In this document: piece after piece, positions 38,190 through 52,294 of the stretch
Position numbering within the stretch: the first letter of the stretch is position 1
Layout: each line of letters begins with the position of its first letter
Origin: Gordius albopunctatus
Lineage: Eukaryota
NCBI GenBank assembly: GCA_964276515.1
Contig: OZ193909.1
Location: forward strand, 1,798,001-1,862,000
DNA: 64,000 nt
Reading direction: 5' to 3'
Translations under genes and position numbers: made by a program
Notes under the pieces: generated by a model
Told to the model about the DNA's origin: nothing
Seen by the model: the letters and a program-made list of their open reading frames with translations, nothing else
Database searches by the model: none

Positions 38190-38549
38190 TGTAACGTTCT
38201 TAATGATAGTTACTTTGTTTTATTCAAACGCCGATATTATATAACTGTGGAACAAAAATTACAAGACTGATTATAATTGCGTACACATTGCGTTTATATA
38301 ATTTATAAAGTACATAATCATTATTATTGGAAAAATCGATAATATTTTTGGAAGATTTGATTAATCGATGCGCTTCCATGAAGGATGATTATTATTCTGG
38401 GAAGATTTAAATATCTCTATGATCTTCTGAGAAGATCATAATAAATCGCTAAGTTCCAAGGAAGATCTGTCAATCGACGTCATAGCGTGCGATCTTCTAG
38501 GAAAAGAAATTCAAATGTGTGATTACTTATTTCTGCTGATGTCACTACA
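38190..38549. mobile_element. Solo LTR (360 bp)
   Basis: TGTAAC...ACTACA termini with 4-bp TSD TAAC; internal GAAGAT-containing repeats. Confidence 0.6.
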
Positions 38550-38813
38550 TAACTCACACTTACATTAAAGAATTAACCCCTGCACTAACCTACACCCGTA
38601 ATCACCTACAGCATCTTATAAAAAATATAAGGTCAGTTAAATATTATTTTTAAAAACTAGTAAAAAATATGACATATTCCCAGATTTATATGTGCTGAGA
38701 AAATCGTCGTTTTGGCGCGTTTTTTATCCTACTATTATTATAAGGAGTTTTAATTGGAATTTATAGTCTTGATTAATGATTTTAAATTCTGCGCTTTTTA
38801 AATATACGAGAAT

Positions 38814-41800
38814 ATGGTTGTAAATCGCCCTATTTTTTATATTATCCCACCCTCATGCCCATACCTTGGTAGTATGGAACAATTGTTTGAGAAAAGAGTA
38901 CGAAACTTTACAATAAATCCATTAACTCTTAGTTTAAATTAGTCACTTTATTAATATCTGCATATAAACTTGATGTGAGATTAAAGTACATTTATAATAT
39001 AAGTGTTTAGCTTTTAGCTACTTACTAGATTTACGAAATCTGAATTATCAAACGAACTTGACTTAAAACTATATCATGCCTCAGATTTTATTGAATTATT
39101 AAAAGTAAGCTCTCTAAATAAAGAATCTTTTGCTCATACTATTATTATAAGTGACCTTGACGAGTATGGTTTAGGTAATAAAACAATTATTAGTTATATT
39201 ACGTTTTTAGGTTATGATTGTGACATTACTCCAACCACTTATTCTTATTGCTTGTCAATTACTGGTGCAACACTCAAGGCTGTTAAAATTCTTGTTGCTC
39301 ACCAAATATATAATAAAGACAATAATATCAATCCACCTATATGTATTAATTGGTTAGGTGGGTGGCATCATGCTAAAAGGTTTTAATAATTTTAATTTAG
39401 CTGTATTAATATCATTTTTATTATTTTAGATCATCAGCTTCAGGTTATTGTTTTGTAAATGACATTGTCATAGCAATTACAGAATTAAAAAAGTTCTACA
39501 CAAAAATATTATACATTGATTTGGATTTGCACCATGGAGATGGTAAGCATTACGCACAAGTTGCAAAAATAGTTTAGTGAAAATTTACAAAGTTGTTTTT
39601 AGGTGTTGAGGAGGCTTTTGCTTCTATTTTGAATACATCCATTATGACAGTCTCATTTCATCACTACTCACCTGGATTTTTCCCTGGCACTGGGGGCCTG
39701 ACAATAGATAATACTTTAAGCCGTTACAACATTAATATTCCATTGAACGAAGGCATAGGCAATGCAAGCTATTTCTATATATTCCAAGTGTATGTCTCAC
39801 ATTTTATCAATTTATATACTTTCACACAATTTGTAATATTAATTTTTTTACCCAATCTATTTAGTGTTATGAATATGCTATTATGTTCCCCAAAAATGTT
39901 CAAGCCATTCTTTGCCCCAAGTGTGATAGTAATTCAATGTGGGGCAGACACTTTAATAACAGATCCACACGCAAAATTTAATTTGACCTCTAAAGGAATT
40001 ACTGCATGTATTGATTACATCACGAAAATATGTCCAAATACACCACTTCTTCTTTTAGGTGGAGGTAATCATAGTTTTGGTTAAAAAGAAGGGATTATCC
40101 CACTTAAATATTTGCAATAGCAACCAGAGATCAGATTTGTTACAATTTTTCTGCCCAAACCCGGCCCGATTTTAGAATTAATCTGTCCTCCCGAACCCTT
40201 CTATGTGTCCGCCCTGCAATGCCCGAATTATCCCAGCTGCTCCGCCCGAAATGGTGTGTTTTAAAATTTTAAGCACTAATATCGTTATATATTTTTTTAA
40301 ATTTTATCCTAATTTTTGATTTTTTTTAAAATGAGAACTGGATTATCAAACATTATGAAATCAATTTAAAAAGTGGCAAAATATACACAAAAACAATATA
40401 AATACATTATTTTAAAAACAAAATTGAGCCCGAATGAAGTTATGGTGCCCGCCCGAAAATTAAAATTTACGACAGTCGCCCGGCCCGTGGGCCAGGCGGG
40501 CATGACACCCGCCGTATACACAGACTCAAAAACCGCATACTATATATTCAAGAAGGGATCAGCCCACTCCCCACACTTGAAAGGGGCCTTTTCTAAAATT
40601 AGTATATTCCGATATGTGTCGTGGAGGCATCGCCTATAATTATTTAACCACGTTGGGGTACTCCTTCCGCCGTCGATGCTTGGCGGGTTTACAACACTGC
40701 AGAGGGTCGCCGCTGCCGTCCTACCATGTTGTCGTTCACTCTTTCCTAGCCTCAGGCGCCCCTTTGCGTTTGATGAAGGGCGACTTCCTTGGCACAGGCT
40801 GTATATAATTGCCACAAAAAGAATTTATTTGTTCGCTCATTTGACCAAAGCCGTTTTTGACTGCCCAGTCTTTGGTTTTTCCTGTTACCACCTGCCAGCC
40901 ATAGTATGTTGCCATAGCGATAGTCTTAACTCTCCGAGAAGACATCCGTGACTTTGGAATGGTCATCCCATGCTTCGCCTAATTCTAGTAGGAAGTCGAT
41001 TTCATGCTTTTGGTATGGGGGTACTTGTTTATTTTTCTCGTCTGCGTCCTTGAGGCCTTTGAGCCTTATTTTCAGTAAATCCTCACCACTTTGCTTGGTT
41101 GTGAGTTCCATTGGTGGGGTGGCGCCCAGAAGGGTACAGTTTGGGTACTAGCAGATTCTTGTTGTTTCGCGTTGATCATTATCTCTAGATAATCTTTAAT
41201 AATCTGCAGTTCCCTTGCAAGCAAACTCTTGGTTTGGCCCGATAGCGGCGTGCCTGGATCATCCTTAGGATCCACAGTAAGTCCAGTGGAATTCATAAAA
41301 TAACCGTTCGCGGTTTCCTGGGGAGCAGAGAACGGGTTATTTAAAGAGTATGCCTCTGACAGCACTATAGTGGATGTGGTGGAGGGGTTAAGGAAGCATA
41401 GTGAATACGGTACAGAGGAGACGGGTAGGGGCATAGGGGTAAAATTTTGGTAAAGTCACTTTAAGGCGCAAAAGCAAGGATGATAGGTGAAGGCTATAAA
41501 CATTGCTTCAATGGCCTAGAAACGAATAAAAATAGCGTGGCAATCATATTAGCTTCCCATCTGCAAAATAAAGTCATTGAGGTAAAAAGAAAAAGTGGGC
41601 GACTCGTGATGTTGACACTATGCATAGAAGGTCAAATGATTAATGTAGTTTCCGGATATGCTCCGCAAACAGTATGCACAGATGAAGAAAAGGAGGACTT
41701 TCGGGAAAAATTAGACGAAACGCTGCGAATGATACCCAGGGCTGAGATAGTTATAATTGGAGCGGATATGAATGGTCACGTAAGCAAAATAAGAGAAGGA

Positions 41801-44800
41801 TTCGAACGGTACCATGGTGGAAATGGATACGGAGCGAGAAACGATGAAGGCGACGAAATATTGAAAATAGCCGTAGCATTTGATTTGGCCATCACAAATA
41901 CCTTCTTCAAAAAGAATGTAAATCACCTAATAACGTACACAAGTTTAAATCGATCTTCTCAGATTGACTTCCTCCTAATATCAAGAAAGGAATTAAAGAA
42001 CGCACGAGGAAGAGATTAAATGGGAAAATCAAATGGTTCCGACTACCAAAATTGAAAGATATTTACAATGACCGAATAGTTGAAAGGCTGCAAATAGATG
42101 ATCAGCAGAATGCTAACGATATGTGTAATAACATAGCTAACACCGTACGATCAGTAGCGAGATGTGTTCTAGGAGAAGGTAAACCAGGTATAAAAAAAGA
42201 AGGAGACATGGTGGTGGAAAGAAGACGTGCAACGCCTGGTCAAATTGAAAAGAAAGCTTTATAAATTATGGTCAGGCAACAGAAATAAGGAAACACGATT
42301 GGCATATGCGAAAGCTTAAAACGAGGGAAAACGTTGTGTAGCCAAGGCTAAAACAGAGGTTTACGAAAATTTGAATGCCAAGTTAACCAGTAAAGAAGGG
42401 GAAAGAATGATCTACAAAATCGCAAAGACCAGAGCAAGGAACTCAAAGGATGTGGTAAACGTGAAATCTATAAAGAGCAAGGAAAGCATCAGTCTAACTC
42501 TGGACCATCAAATCATAGATTGTTGGGAAGAATCTCCTTCTTCTTTATCGTGTTGAAAATCCCACAGAGGTGGGGTACGTTTTCAGCAGCCTCTTCCATC
42601 TGAGTCGCGTAAATGCCATGCCAATTTCCATCTGTTTGACGTCCATATCCTTTTCGACCAGTCGTTTCCAGATGGCACGTGGTCTGCCCCTTCCTCTTCT
42701 TCCATCTCCAGCGTTCGCCGTGTGACATCGTCTTCGTCTCTTCGTAATACATGGCCGTACCACCGCAGTCGATTTTCTCTTAAGAAGTCCTTCGTCGCTT
42801 GTATACCCATCTTTGTCATCAAGGATTGGTTCGTCATGCGATCCAGCTTGGTGTAGCCTAAGCTCCATCGCACCATTGTCATTTCCGTGACTTGCAAGAG
42901 TTTCTCCTCCGCTGTGGTTACAGCCCATGTTTTGCTCCCGTAAAGCAAGACCGGTCGCAGGATGGTTTTGTACGCCTTGATTTTCTACCAAATTGGTATC
43001 TTTTTGTCACACATGACACCGGAGATGCTGCGCCACTTGAGCCACGCTTTCTTGATCCGAGAATGGACTTGGGCGGTACATCCTCCCTCTTGATGTAATA
43101 GCGAGCCAAGATATGTGAACTTATCAACCTCCGTGTACATTGTACCGTCATTTTTGTGCATTTGCGGACTACCGCCCATCGTTTGCATGTAAACCGTTTT
43201 CTTCTCGCTGACCTTTAACCCGAATTCCAAAAAACGTTCTGACCATTTTTTCGCCTGATGAAAAACCCCTTCTCTTGTTTCATCGCATAGGACAATATCA
43301 TCCATAGTCCAAGGGGCTGGCTTGTGCAAGTCCTTTGTTATTGTATCCATAATTAGATTAAACAAGAATGGGTTTAACGCTGACCCTTGATGTAGTCCAA
43401 TCATTACTCGGAAGGGTTTCGTTTCTCATACGGTAGTCCTAACAGATGCAACCGCGCCATTATACATTTCCTTGATAAGTCGCTGGCTCTAAGGGAACAC
43501 CATATTAAGTCTCTCGGAACCGTATCGTAGACCTTTTCTAAATCGATGAAGACCATGTGTAAGTTCTTTCTTATGTCGCCATATTTTTCCATCGTCTGCT
43601 TCAACGCAAAGATTGGATCCATCGTTGATTTACCTGCCACGAATCCAAACTGATTTGGCGAGAGACAAACTTCGTCATTGAGCCTTTTCACTAGCACCCT
43701 TTCTAGTAGTTTTAGTGAGTGGCCACATTCCTGCGCGTCTCCTTTGCCTTTGTATATGGGTATGATCGTACTTTCCCTCCATTGGGCAGGGATACGACTC
43801 TCATACAGCATAGCGCTAAATAGCCCTGTCATTATGTCGATTCCTTCTCCTTTGCACCCAAGACAAGCTTCGATCGGTAAATCATCGGGACCTAGCGCTT
43901 TCCCTTTCCGCATCTTCGTTAGTTGCCCTCCTACTTCATAAGCCTGCAATGGTAAAACCAAGTTCGAGTTCGGTTCCACCCTCTCTAGCGGTCTTCTATC
44001 ATTCGTTTTGTTCATCATATTTTGGAAATAATCTTTCCATCTTTTGATGACTTCCTTCGGTTTGCACAACGTTCGTCCCTCTTCGCTTTTAATGACTTTC
44101 AGTGTCCCGACATCTCGACTTTTTTTCTCCCTAATCTTTGCGAGTTTATACATGACTATGTCGCCGCCCTTGGTATCGAGCTTGTTTGCCATCTCGGTGT
44201 AAGCCTCGTTCTTCGCTATCGCAACCGCTATCTTAGCTTTTTCTCCTTTCTTCGTTTTGTACCATCGTAGGTACAACGCTTTTATTTCTTCTATAGCCTC
44301 TTTGACCGAGTCATTCCACCACCATAGTTCACGCTTGTGAGCTCTGCCGCCCTTAGTTCGTCCCAAGATTTGAAAGGAAAGGCCGTTTCCTTTAGGACAT
44401 TTGCAACGGTTTCCCACCTTTTGTTAATGTCGCCCCCCAAGTCTGAAACCTTGAAGAGCGGAGTCGCTCGAGCGTGAAACATTTCATTTGCGCGATCATC
44501 CTTAAGCTTTTCGTACTTTGTCCTTGGTGTGTAGACTTTTCTCCTTACGGAAAAAATCTTTCTTGCTATATCGAGGACAACTGGCCGATGTTGTTTAGCG
44601 ATTTCTTCCCCCGGTATAACCTTGCAATCTTTAACTTGCCACAAATTTTTGCACTTCACTAAGATGTAGTCGACCTGTGTAAGGTGATCCCCACTACTGT
44701 AAGTCGCTAAATGTTCGGTACGCTTCTGAAAGAAGGTATTCACAATGGCCATATCGTAAGCTTGCGCCATCTCTAGTAACTTCTCTCCCTCTTTATTTTT

Positions 44801-46380
44801 CACCCCATAGCCATGCCCGCCGTGATTTCGTTCGCACACGCCTCTTTCTTTCCCAACGTGCCCATTAAAGTCTGCTCCGATGATGAGATTCTCGTCAGGC
44901 TTCACGTAGCGTATTTCTTCTTCGAGCTTCTCATAGAATTCGTCCTTCTCGTTTTCGGAACATCCAACCTGGGGCGAATACGCACAAGTAACATTGACAA
45001 GGCCGCCTTGATCCGCCAGCTTTATGCACATCAATCTATCCGAGCATCGTTTGACTTCGACTACCTTGTCCTTAAAGGAATCGCTAAGCACTATACCGAC
45101 CCCGTTCTTCCCTGATGGGGAACCCGAGTAGTATAGCTTGTAACCATCTCCTAGCTCCCTGGCTTTTGTTCCATGCCACCGCGTTTCTTGTAGACACGCT
45201 ATGTGTATCCTTCGCCTTTTTAGCATCTGCGCAACCTCGATGCTCTTCCCCGTCAGCGTGCCGACATTCCAGCTGGCCACTCTTGTCCGTTCGACAACTA
45301 GATTCCTTAACCGCCTTCGTTGTGAGTGAGGCGGTGACCCTTGTATACTTTTCACATTGCACGGGCGGATGATGCAATGCGCGTCGTTTGGGGAAGACGC
45401 CCTAGCATTCTGGTATAAGTACATATTTGTAGCTGCCATGGTGTTTGGAGTATGTGATGGAGGTGTGGAAAGCGAAATTTAGGCAAGAATAAACGCAGGC
45501 TGGCTCAAATTCAGGGAGTTATGTGACAAACACATACCACTCAAATTGAAAGGACGGTTATATAACACCGTTATTGTACCCACGGTATTGTATGGAGCGG
45601 AAACCTGGGCAAAAGAGGAGCAAAGCTTGGATACAATGGAAATGCGAATGTTAAGATAGATCTTGGGAATAAGCAAAAAGGACCATATAAGGAATCAAGA
45701 CATAAGAGATAAACTAAGTGTAGTTCCGATTCAGAGAAAGTTGGTGGTAAGAATATTGAGATGGTATGGCCATTTGGAGAGACAAGAGGAAAGTCACTTG
45801 GCAAATCGTATAAAGAAAGTGCAAGTCGAAGGTAAGCGAAAGAGAGGGAGGCCTAAACTGACATGGAAGCTGAAAATAGATATGGACTTAAAAAGTTACG
45901 AGCTAAAGCAAAGCTGGTGTAAGTGCAGGAATACATGGAGAACCTACTTGAAGGAGCTGACCACTAAATGTGACAAACAGCTATAGGAAAAAAATGTTTA
46001 ATTTAAAAACTCTTATTAAAAAGGTAATATGATTAAATAACAAAACATAGTAAAAACAAATATTAAGAAACTATAATCTTTTTACTTAATTTGTATGTTT
46101 ATCACTTTTTGACAATATTTTATTTTAGGTGGATATAATATAATTGATACTGCCAAGTGCTGGACACAAATAACAGCTAGTATATGTGACATACCTCTAT
46201 CTCCAGACATTCCTGAACATTTGGTAAATATTAAATGTATAACAAATTTATTTATCCTAGTTTTTTCCATTGTATGGTCCTAGTTATGAATTAGAAATTA
46301 GTCCTGGATTGATGAGAGATCAAAATTGTACTTCTTATCTTGATGAAATAATATTGAGTATTCTAACAAAGATTGCTTAA
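38814..46380 (+). CDS. HDAC8: Histone deacetylase 8-like (class I), multi-exon; one 6-kb intron (40065-46128)
   Basis: [68 protein letters not shown] (split by the large intron), [19 protein letters not shown]. Confidence 0.93.
41461..45994 (+). mobile_element. RTE family A copy 2 (41461-42533 and 45452-45994), interrupted by an RTE family C insertion
   Basis: High identity to 1-863 and 1569-2132; poly(A) end. Confidence 0.9.
42534..45451 (-). mobile_element. RTE LINE family C, near full length, lacking the extreme 5' end
   Basis: 382-aa APE ORF, RT ORFs, GATAAAGAAGAAGGAG tail; homologous to family B up to TTTGGAGT. Confidence 0.92.
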
Positions 46381-47598
46381 TTTATATTAATAATCTCTTG
46401 TATCACAAATCTCATCTATAAAAAAGAAATTATATATATATAATTTATTTTTAAAAAAAACTTTTGTATATACTTCAAAATAAAATCATTTATAATGTTG
46501 CTCAATATTATACTATTCACTTAAGTTAATTTAGACAAATAATGTAAATTTAAAAATGTTTGGTAAAAATAAAATTTGGTAGTGTTTAATTAGAAATAGA
46601 GATTATGAAATATAAATTAAGCTAAAAAGCTATTACCTTCAAAAGATTATTAAAAACAATAAAATTAGGTTATAATTAAAGGGGGAAAGTTATGAGATGG
46701 TCTGTCAAAAATAATCTTTTTTATGATTTGACATGAAATGGTGTAGAGGGGTTAATTAGAGACCATATATAAACATAATCCACTTTATTCATAGCCTTCT
46801 ATCATTAGAGTAAGCTAATTTAGTATTTATATTATTTTTGCGTAAGATTTTAAATATAGTAATAACCTCTCAATTAACTAAAATATAGAAAATTGTAAAA
46901 AAGCAAAAACATAATGTAACTTTCATTAAAATATTTCACCCACAAATAATTCCAAAATTAATCTTTTGTCATAAATAAGTTTATGTATCTTGGATACAAG
47001 TGCCACTAGTAAAAGAAAATTGTCAACTGCAGGTGAAGGAAGAAGTTGTTAGAAACCATAATTTATTCAATTCTTTACATGGTTATTAAGATTTATAACA
47101 TATTTATATTGTTTGAGCATATCAATAAAAAAATTAAAATGAAAGAAGCAATAAAATAATGTAAACTGGGCATTAGCCATGCAAAATAGGTTATAGTGTT
47201 TTGCCCTCAAATTAGAATTTTATACAAAGAAAAATAGTTTAAAATCACATCACACATATGGATCACCATAAAATTATGATACTATATTATGATTTTAGTC
47301 CTAATATGCTTGTAGAATGAAGATGTTTACAAAATAAATCAAAAAATATCATGTAAATTACCACAAGCATAAAATAAACGCAAGAGCCAAGTCAAGCATA
47401 ACACCTTATTAACCACCTCTAATATTTTCAAAATAGATGAAGTAACAAAATTTAATTAAGAAAACATCCATGTTATTGTAATATGATGATAAATTTTAGA
47501 TGTAGAAGTTTCAAACATTGTTTATCACATGTTGAAAGTAATTAAAATAATGTACAAAGTATAATATAAAGTGTTAATATAGAGTTTGATTTAATGTC

Positions 47599-48006
47599 CT
47601 ATCGTGCGCCTCTCATTGAACCTCGTCCTGGACCTCCTCTTGATCCCCCTCTGCCACCACGTGGCTGTGTAGCACGGCCACGACCTCGAGCAGCAGTATT
47701 GCTAGTTTTGGTGTATTTTCGAAACATAGGAGCATTTTTTAACATATCTGGCAGAATTATAAATCTAATCTTGCTCCCTCGAACATAGATTTCGGGTAGA
47801 TGAGAGGTACTTCCATCCCTAAAACAGCTTTAATAGTAATTTCATGGCAAATACCTGTAAGTTGCTAGAACATCTTGCATCTGGCAATTCATATTATCTT
47901 CGGATTCCAACAATTTTCCTCTGAAGGTTTCACCAATGTTTGTCTCAAGACAAACAATGTGCCCTTCAGCCTCGTGCATAACTTTAATTGGGACTCCGAT
48001 GGACAT
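47599..48006 (-). CDS. SNRPD3: Small nuclear ribonucleoprotein Sm D3, 2 exons (36-nt intron 47819-47854)
   Basis: [18 protein letters not shown]...EDNMNCQM...[20 protein letters not shown] plus RG-rich tail; missed by the ORF track. Confidence 0.96.
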
Positions 48007-50479
48007 GAAATATATTTAAAATGGCGCAAGCACACAGAATGATGTCTTTACGCGAATTAGAGTGAAAATATACAATTATAAATAAAGCATAATATGTGAA
48101 AATTTATTTAAGTCTAAAGATGTTTGTAACAAAAATAAATTAGTTATAGATATACTCTGAGTTTTGATTCTAAAAAATGATATATATTCTTTTATATTGA
48201 GATTCGTGAGGATCTCGTCAAAGTTTACCTGACATGTTTATTAAATCTCGAGATATATACCATTTATTACCAATATTTTAGTTTCAAATCTCTTTGCTTA
48301 AAGGTTGCAACAAATCATTTTGCATTAAGTGACCCTGGAATTTATTCAAAAAATAGATTAATCACTATTTTATTATGCGTGTCCTGTCAAAAATAAACTA
48401 ATTTCTAGTAAATATTATAAGAATTTTCTTAACCCACATTTTGTAGAGATGCAACAAATTAAATTCTTTATATAAGTTTCAATATTCCAAAGCCTATGAT
48501 TTGTATAATGTTATATGGACAATAATAACACCTTGCTTTGATTATGATGATAAAAATATTATTATTTAGTAAGTATTTAGGTCTTAATTTTAGCTGAGAA
48601 TTTTTATTATAGACTCAAGAAGCCTAAAAAGTATAACCCCTTCTTTGTCAGTCAAAATTCTAAGTGCTATGTTTATTAATAGTAAAACATTGATAATCTA
48701 ATAAAAAGATTTTTTCTGTAATTAATCAATTTCTGTTTTTCCAAAACTTAAGTTTTAAACTTAATTGTGGAAATACTTGTATTTTATCAAGTCACATGAT
48801 AGTTGCTGAAAAGCTTATCATGCACACATTTTACTTAGGATTCTACCTTACAAAATCATAACACGCTTATGATCAAATGACGCTATTCACTCTACATATC
48901 ATATCTTAAAATAAATTAATTCAAAAATTTTTATGAGTTAAAGGTAACATTATAATGGCAGAAAATCATTAAAAATTTCAAATTTTGCAGAAATTTAGAC
49001 ATAGTTAAATTTTTTAGTGTTATTTATTCAAATTTGGTAATAAACCTTGCATAACGCGATTATCATAATCCATTTAGGGGTTAAATCACCTGTTAGCGTC
49101 TTTTATGTAATTAATTTTAACGACTCATGAACGTTATTCATTTACAATTGTTCTATAGCTGACTATAATAATCAATTAACTCACACATGTATAATGAGAT
49201 TATTGAGATAACCTTAAATATGTTTTTGAAAAGTAGCTTTATTTTGGGATATTTAAAAAGTATGTTGTAATAATCACGAGCGTTGCCAGCGGGGGCAGGG
49301 CACCACCAACATGACAAATAAAATTTTCAATAAATCCTTAAAAAAACAATATGTTTTGCCTCCCCTCCCCTGATTGAACTTTAGAAGTTTTCGCGCCCCC
49401 CCCCCAACCCCAATCCAAAACAATGATAATAAGCATTATAGATACGTTCCTATAATTTCCATTTATATATCAATAACCTATGCTTCTTATAAAAATTAAG
49501 TGCAAAATTGACTGTAAATTTGGTTCTAGATAATAAGCGTTCTATTACTTTACACAATTTGTTATCATTTCTTAGTATATGTAAGTGAAAATTATATTTA
49601 TATATTATATGAAAGCTAATTAAAATTCATGATCTTACTTTTTAAATAGTAGTTTGAATGCATAAGCTTATGATTTAAATTTAATAAATATCAATAAAAT
49701 ATTATTCCAAATCATTTAGTTATTTCCCACTACACATAGAAACAACACAATTTACAAACTTTTTTTATATAGCAGCCATGGATTCCTATAATTAGTCGAT
49801 AATTTTTTACCTGTCTAAATATATAAAAAGACATCATTAATAAGGTTAAGTCTATAGTATAAAATATACTCATACTTTAGAATTTAATTATTAATTTCTG
49901 CTAAGATAAGAATATTTAAGGCCCAATTAAACCATAATATTCCAATTTACTTAAATCCCATTAATCTAATTATCCCATTTAATTAATTATGGCAAAAGCA
50001 TTGGAACTTTTGTATGGAAACGGAATACACCTTTTTAAGATCACCTTAATATGCAAAATGATTTGTCATATTTCTCTGATAGATGATTCTAATTTTTACC
50101 GAACTGCATTTTTGTAAAGACAGCAATTTAATCAGACAATCAATCTTACCTTGATTAGCCTAAAAATAAACGATTCATAAATCATAAAAATTTTACATGC
50201 GTTATTTAAAAGTTCAAATCAATTACCAAATATATATTTTGCATTAAATATAATATTAATAAGTGAGCTCATAAATTGAGCAATTAGACCGTTTTAGATC
50301 ATCCTTTATTCTTCATCCTCTTAAAGTCTTTACAAAAAATAACATTCCTATAAGGCCATCTTCCATTTGTATACGAAGCATCTGTAATGTTCCTATAATA
50401 TTTTCATTTTTCAATGGCCTCTTAATTAATTTATATTAAATCATTTTACTTTGTTTAAACAAGCATATGGTTATCAAAG

Positions 50480-52294
50480 ATGAAATTAAAAAATGTTTTT
50501 GTCCCGAAGAACGTTAACCTAACTTGCAAAAGCCCAAATTACAGCCAAAATGATATGAGTATGCCATTGAATCGTTGTAAAAAGAGTTCTAATCTTGATA
50601 ATTACGATGATGGTTCATATAATCACGATTCAATTAATGATGTTAATAGCTACAATAGCAACGATAATAGACCGGACATCGTCATAACAAATCACATTAT
50701 GGGCACGGAAGTTATGTCGTCTGAAGAAATATTAGAAAGGGGAACTGTTGCCAACCAATGGATACCTATTAAAAATATGAACCGCGCACCTCTTTTAAAT
50801 GCTACGGAAAATTTTGGAAGAATATCACATAGCAGCAAGAAAAGCAATTGTGAGACAGGCGCAACACGAGGAACAAATGAATCAGGCTCTTTGCTAGAAA
50901 TATCTCTAGATAAAAAGCTAAGCATAAGGATGCCAGTAAATAAAAATTGGCCAGATTTAAAACAAGATTTTTTAATGGAAAACCATTATAGATCTGAATA
51001 TGGGTCTATACCATCTTATAAATCTTGGAAAAAGCCTGATGGTAACGAGGAGTCGAAATCATTTCATACCCATTATATTCATCCACAAAATCTCAACAAC
51101 TATAATATCCATAGCGCTGTCGATGAAGATTATGACTACAACGAGCTGCTACTAAAAAATACTTTTAATAAGGAGAATAAATCCAATTCTCCCTTTACGA
51201 AAAACGCTCAGTTCCATAAAATTCTTGAAAATTATAAAGAGTATCCTGCGAAATTGTGGCTTAAGGATAAGAGATGGTGGTTTTGGAAAACGGGGCAGGA
51301 TGAGGAGCTGAATAAGGCCTTTATGGTTTCACTATGGTTCGCTATGGTAGATGTTCCAGAAAAACCGGGAATCAAGGATCTTAACCATGTCATTTCGCGG
51401 TTGGGTAAAGATTACAATTTTGGGAAGTCGGCTAATAACTTACAAGAAAGCGGGTTGTTTAGCGCAGATGCGTCGCAACATTGTCCCGCGATAGAAATCG
51501 TAGAAAGGTTACTAGACGCTAATCAATACATCTTGCCTTTCGATCCTGTAAAACGAGCTTTTAATGCCAATACAACTACTTCTGAAGCGAATGACCTCGA
51601 TGATTATCACGATGATTATACTGGCTCAAACAGCAATGATAACAAGGAATTTTACTTTGGATTAGAACTGAATGAAATAGGAGAGCATAGGAAAAATTTC
51701 TTGAACCCTGAAAACTATTATAACCATGTTAAATACGTTGACATACTACTCTCAAAACTATGCTATATAGGCACTCCAGCCACGAACGCTGTGAGTGAAG
51801 TATCAATGGTATGTACATGTCCTTCTTCACCTTATTACCTTAACGAATCATTTGAATCGAATGCATTTTATAATACGCCAAAAATAGAAGAAATTGATGA
51901 TGATGATGAGATGGATGATAAAATGTGCGATTCTCCCAAGGAAGTACAACAAACTAAGGTCGATTCAAAAGGTGATTACCTCGAAAAATATGGCGAGCAA
52001 TTCAAAAATAAGGGGTAAATCTAAAAGATTATTTAATTTTTGATATTCTTGCATTGTTCTTATATATTTATCTATTCGTGAATTAGGTGTGGAGCATGTT
52101 CTAATTTTTATTATCAAAACTCGGACATTACTTCTCAAACCTTGGCTAATATAATTGAAACTTTACCTCAAAATATGTTTAGACTTTGTCGAAGTTGGAC
52201 TTTGAAAGACAGAAGACATCCAATGTGGAAATCTGTAGATCCGCTGCAAAGATTGCGCCCCTATATGAATGGAAAATTTGTATTACCTATATAA
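50480..52294 (+). CDS. Uncharacterised protein, 2 exons (intron 52015-52086)
   Basis: 512-aa ORF continued in frame after a GT-AG intron (GCGAC...MFRLCRSWTLKDRRHPMW...LRPY); globular-looking C-terminal half; family not recognised. Confidence 0.75.

Noticed and set aside
47594..47788. Pro-rich 64-aa plus-strand ORF
   Set aside because: Antisense shadow of the SmD3 RG tail
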